In this document: positions 61,928-64,000 of the stretch, one piece after another
How the letters are laid out: each line of letters opens with the position of its first letter
Position numbering within the stretch: position 1 is the first letter of the stretch
Assembly: GCA_002269645.1 (NCBI GenBank)
Contig: NIVC01001003.1
Span: forward strand, 124,001-188,000
Direction of reading: 5' to 3'
Length of the DNA: 64,000 nt
Source of the DNA: Macrostomum lignano
Taxonomy: Eukaryota
Notes under the pieces: generated by a model
Seen by the model: only the letters and a program-made list of their open reading frames with translations
What the model was told of the DNA's origin: nothing
The model's database searches: none
Made by a program: the position numbers and the translations under genes

Positions 61928-62004
61928 GTGAGTTGCATTGCTGACTGAGCTGGGCGTTGGTTTGAGATCTTTGGTGTCTTGGATGTATCCTGGGAATGGG
62001 TGAA

Positions 62005-63310
62005 GGGTGTCTGTGCTGGATGGGGTGTGTCTGTGATGGATGAAGAGTGTCTGTGATGGATGGGGGTGTCTGTGATGAATGAAGAGCTGTCTGTGATGGA
62101 TGGGGGTGTCTGTGATGAATGAAGGGCTGTCTGTGATGGATGGGGGCGTCTCTGATGAATGAGGTATCTGTGATGGGGGGTTTCACAAACTCGAAATTTC
62201 ACAACGTCGAAAGCACCTTCTTTCACAAGGTCGAAATTTCACAACGATGAAAACTACTGCATAGTTCTTGCTATATTAAGTTTTCGATGTTGTGAAATTT
62301 CGACCTTGTGAAAGCATCCCCTGTGATGAATGGGGGTGTCTGTAATGGATGATGAAGGTTGTTTGCGATGGATGGGGGTGTCTGTAATGGATGATGAAGG
62401 TTGTCTGCGATGGATGGGGGTGTCTGTAATGGATGATAAAGGTTGTCTGCGATGGATGGGGGTGTCTGTGATGGATGGGGGTGTTTGCGATGGATGATGA
62501 AGGTTGTCTGCGATGGATGGGGGTGTCTGTGATGGATGATGAAGGTTGTCTGCGATGGATGGGGGTGTCTGTGATGGATGATGAAGGTTGTCTGCAATGG
62601 ATGGGGGTGTCTGTGATGGATGAAGGGCTGTCTGTGATGGATGAAGGGCTGTCTGTGATGAATGAAGGGCTGTCTGTGATGGATGGGGGTGTCTGTGATG
62701 GATGGGGATGTCTGTGATGGATGAAGGGTGTCTTCGATGGATGGGGGTATCTGATGGATGAAGGGTGTCTGTGATGGATGAAGGGTGTCTGTGATGGATG
62801 AAGGGTGTCTGTGATGGATGGGGGTGTCTGTGATAGATAGGGGTGTCTGATCGATGGCCATCTCTATGATGGATGTGTCTGTGATGGATGGGGGTGTCTG
62901 TGATGGATGGGGATGCCTGTGATGGATGGGGGTGTCTGTGATGGATGGGGGTGTCTGTGATAGATGGGGGTGTCTGTGATGGATGGGGGTGTCTGTGATG
63001 GATGGGGGTGTCTGTGATGGATGGGGGTGTCTGTGATGGATGAAGGGTGTCTTCGATGGATGGGGGTATCTGATCGATGAAGGGTGTCTGTGATGGATGA
63101 AGGGTGTCTGTGATGGATGAAGGCTGTCTGTGATGGATGAAGGGTGTCTGTGATGGATGGAGGTGTCTGTGATGGATGGGGATGTCTGTGATGGATGAAG
63201 GGTGTCTTCGATGGATGGGGGTATCTGATCGATGAAGGGTGTCTATGATGGATGAAAGGTGTCTGTGATGGATGGGGGTGTCTGTGATGGATGAAGGGTG
63301 TCTGTGATGT
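62005..63310. repeat. 20-bp minisatellite (GGGTGTCTGTGATGGATG(GG/AA)) in CCDC102-like intron 2
   Basis: Direct periodicity. Confidence 0.96.
62177..62321. mobile_element. Small foldback MITE inserted in the 20-bp array
   Basis: TTTCACAAGGTCGAAATTTCACAAC is inverted as GTTGTGAAATTTCGACCTTGTGAAA; GGGG/CCCC ends; TSD ambiguous inside the repeat. Confidence 0.65.
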
Positions 63311-63458
63311 ATGGAGACCTATAAATGGTTTCCTAGAAGTCATGAATGGTGACTGGGAATGGCTGTCTAAGAGTATCCAAATGATGTGCAAACTTTTAAA
63401 GACGCAGTGCGCAGTTGTCTACTATCTACATAGCGCAATAAATTCAACTGCCGCACAG

Positions 63459-64000
63459 GACGATGGACGACGACGGCTTCAGCCGGCTGTGCGCCGAAGA
63501 CGCCAACGCAAACCGGCTGAATGGCGGCGCTTTGCTGGGCCCCATCGCTACTGAGGCGAATACGAAGTCGCAGTTTATCAGTCCTGTAGACGATGCTGAG
63601 CCCAGCTTTGCCCAGTGCGTTGGCAAGAGCAGCTTTCACCGGGTGAACCATAAGCTCGCCGACAATGTCAATGATCAAACGTGCACCGGAAAAGTCGACG
63701 AAGAAAAAGGCATCGACAATGTCGACGGAGGAAAAGTCACCGACAGTGTCGACGGAAGAAAGGTCACCGACAATGTCGACGGAGGAAAAGACACCGACAA
63801 TGTCGACGGAGGAAAAGGCATCAACAATGTCGACGGAGGAAAAGACACCGACAATGTCGACGGAGGAAAAGACACCGACAATGTCGACGAAGGAAAAGAC
63901 ACCGACAATGTCGACGGAGGAAAAGACACCGACAATGTCGACGGAGGAAAAGACACCGACAATGTCGACGGAGGAAAAGACACCGACAATGTCGACGGAG
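63459..64000 (+). CDS. CCDC102-like exon 3 (partial), open to the window end, with a 9-aa acidic repeat
   Basis: cgcacag|G acceptor matches phase 2; TMDDDGFSRLCAEDANANRLNGG...KGIDNVDGGK(DTDNVDGGK)n with no stop. Confidence 0.62.
63712..64000 (+). repeat. 27-bp in-frame minisatellite (GACAATGTCGACGGAGGAAAAGACACC)
   Basis: Direct periodicity, ~10 copies, runs off the window. Confidence 0.95.

Overview
Eukaryotic (metazoan) genomic DNA. GC-rich exons, GT-AG introns, dense minisatellites and MITEs resemble a free-living flatworm such as Macrostomum; the organism is an inference. Manual splicing of the ORF track gives seven protein-coding genes. (1) A divergent Bcl-2-family gene (minus, exons 6880-6441, 6336-6210, 679-443, running off the window). 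(2) A catalytically dead neprilysin/M13-like type II membrane protein (22987-25069). (3) A secreted PAN + C-type lectin (27090-27851). (4) A ~2,200-aa FREM1-like ECM protein (minus, 39081-28841, 9 exons) with five apparent 1-bp deletions. (5) A small secreted, cationic, 6-Cys defensin/mytilin-like peptide precursor (42490-42849). (6) An hnRNP L-like 4-RRM protein with an RS-rich linker (54881-57301). (7) A CCDC102-like coiled-coil gene (59121 to beyond 64000) whose last visible exon runs into a coding 27-bp minisatellite. There is also a decayed DD34D mariner, several non-autonomous DNA transposons with visible TSDs (2, 8 and 9 bp), and about 20 tandem arrays. Most long low-complexity ORFs in the track are artefacts of those arrays. 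All homology calls come from recalled family motifs, not from database searches.
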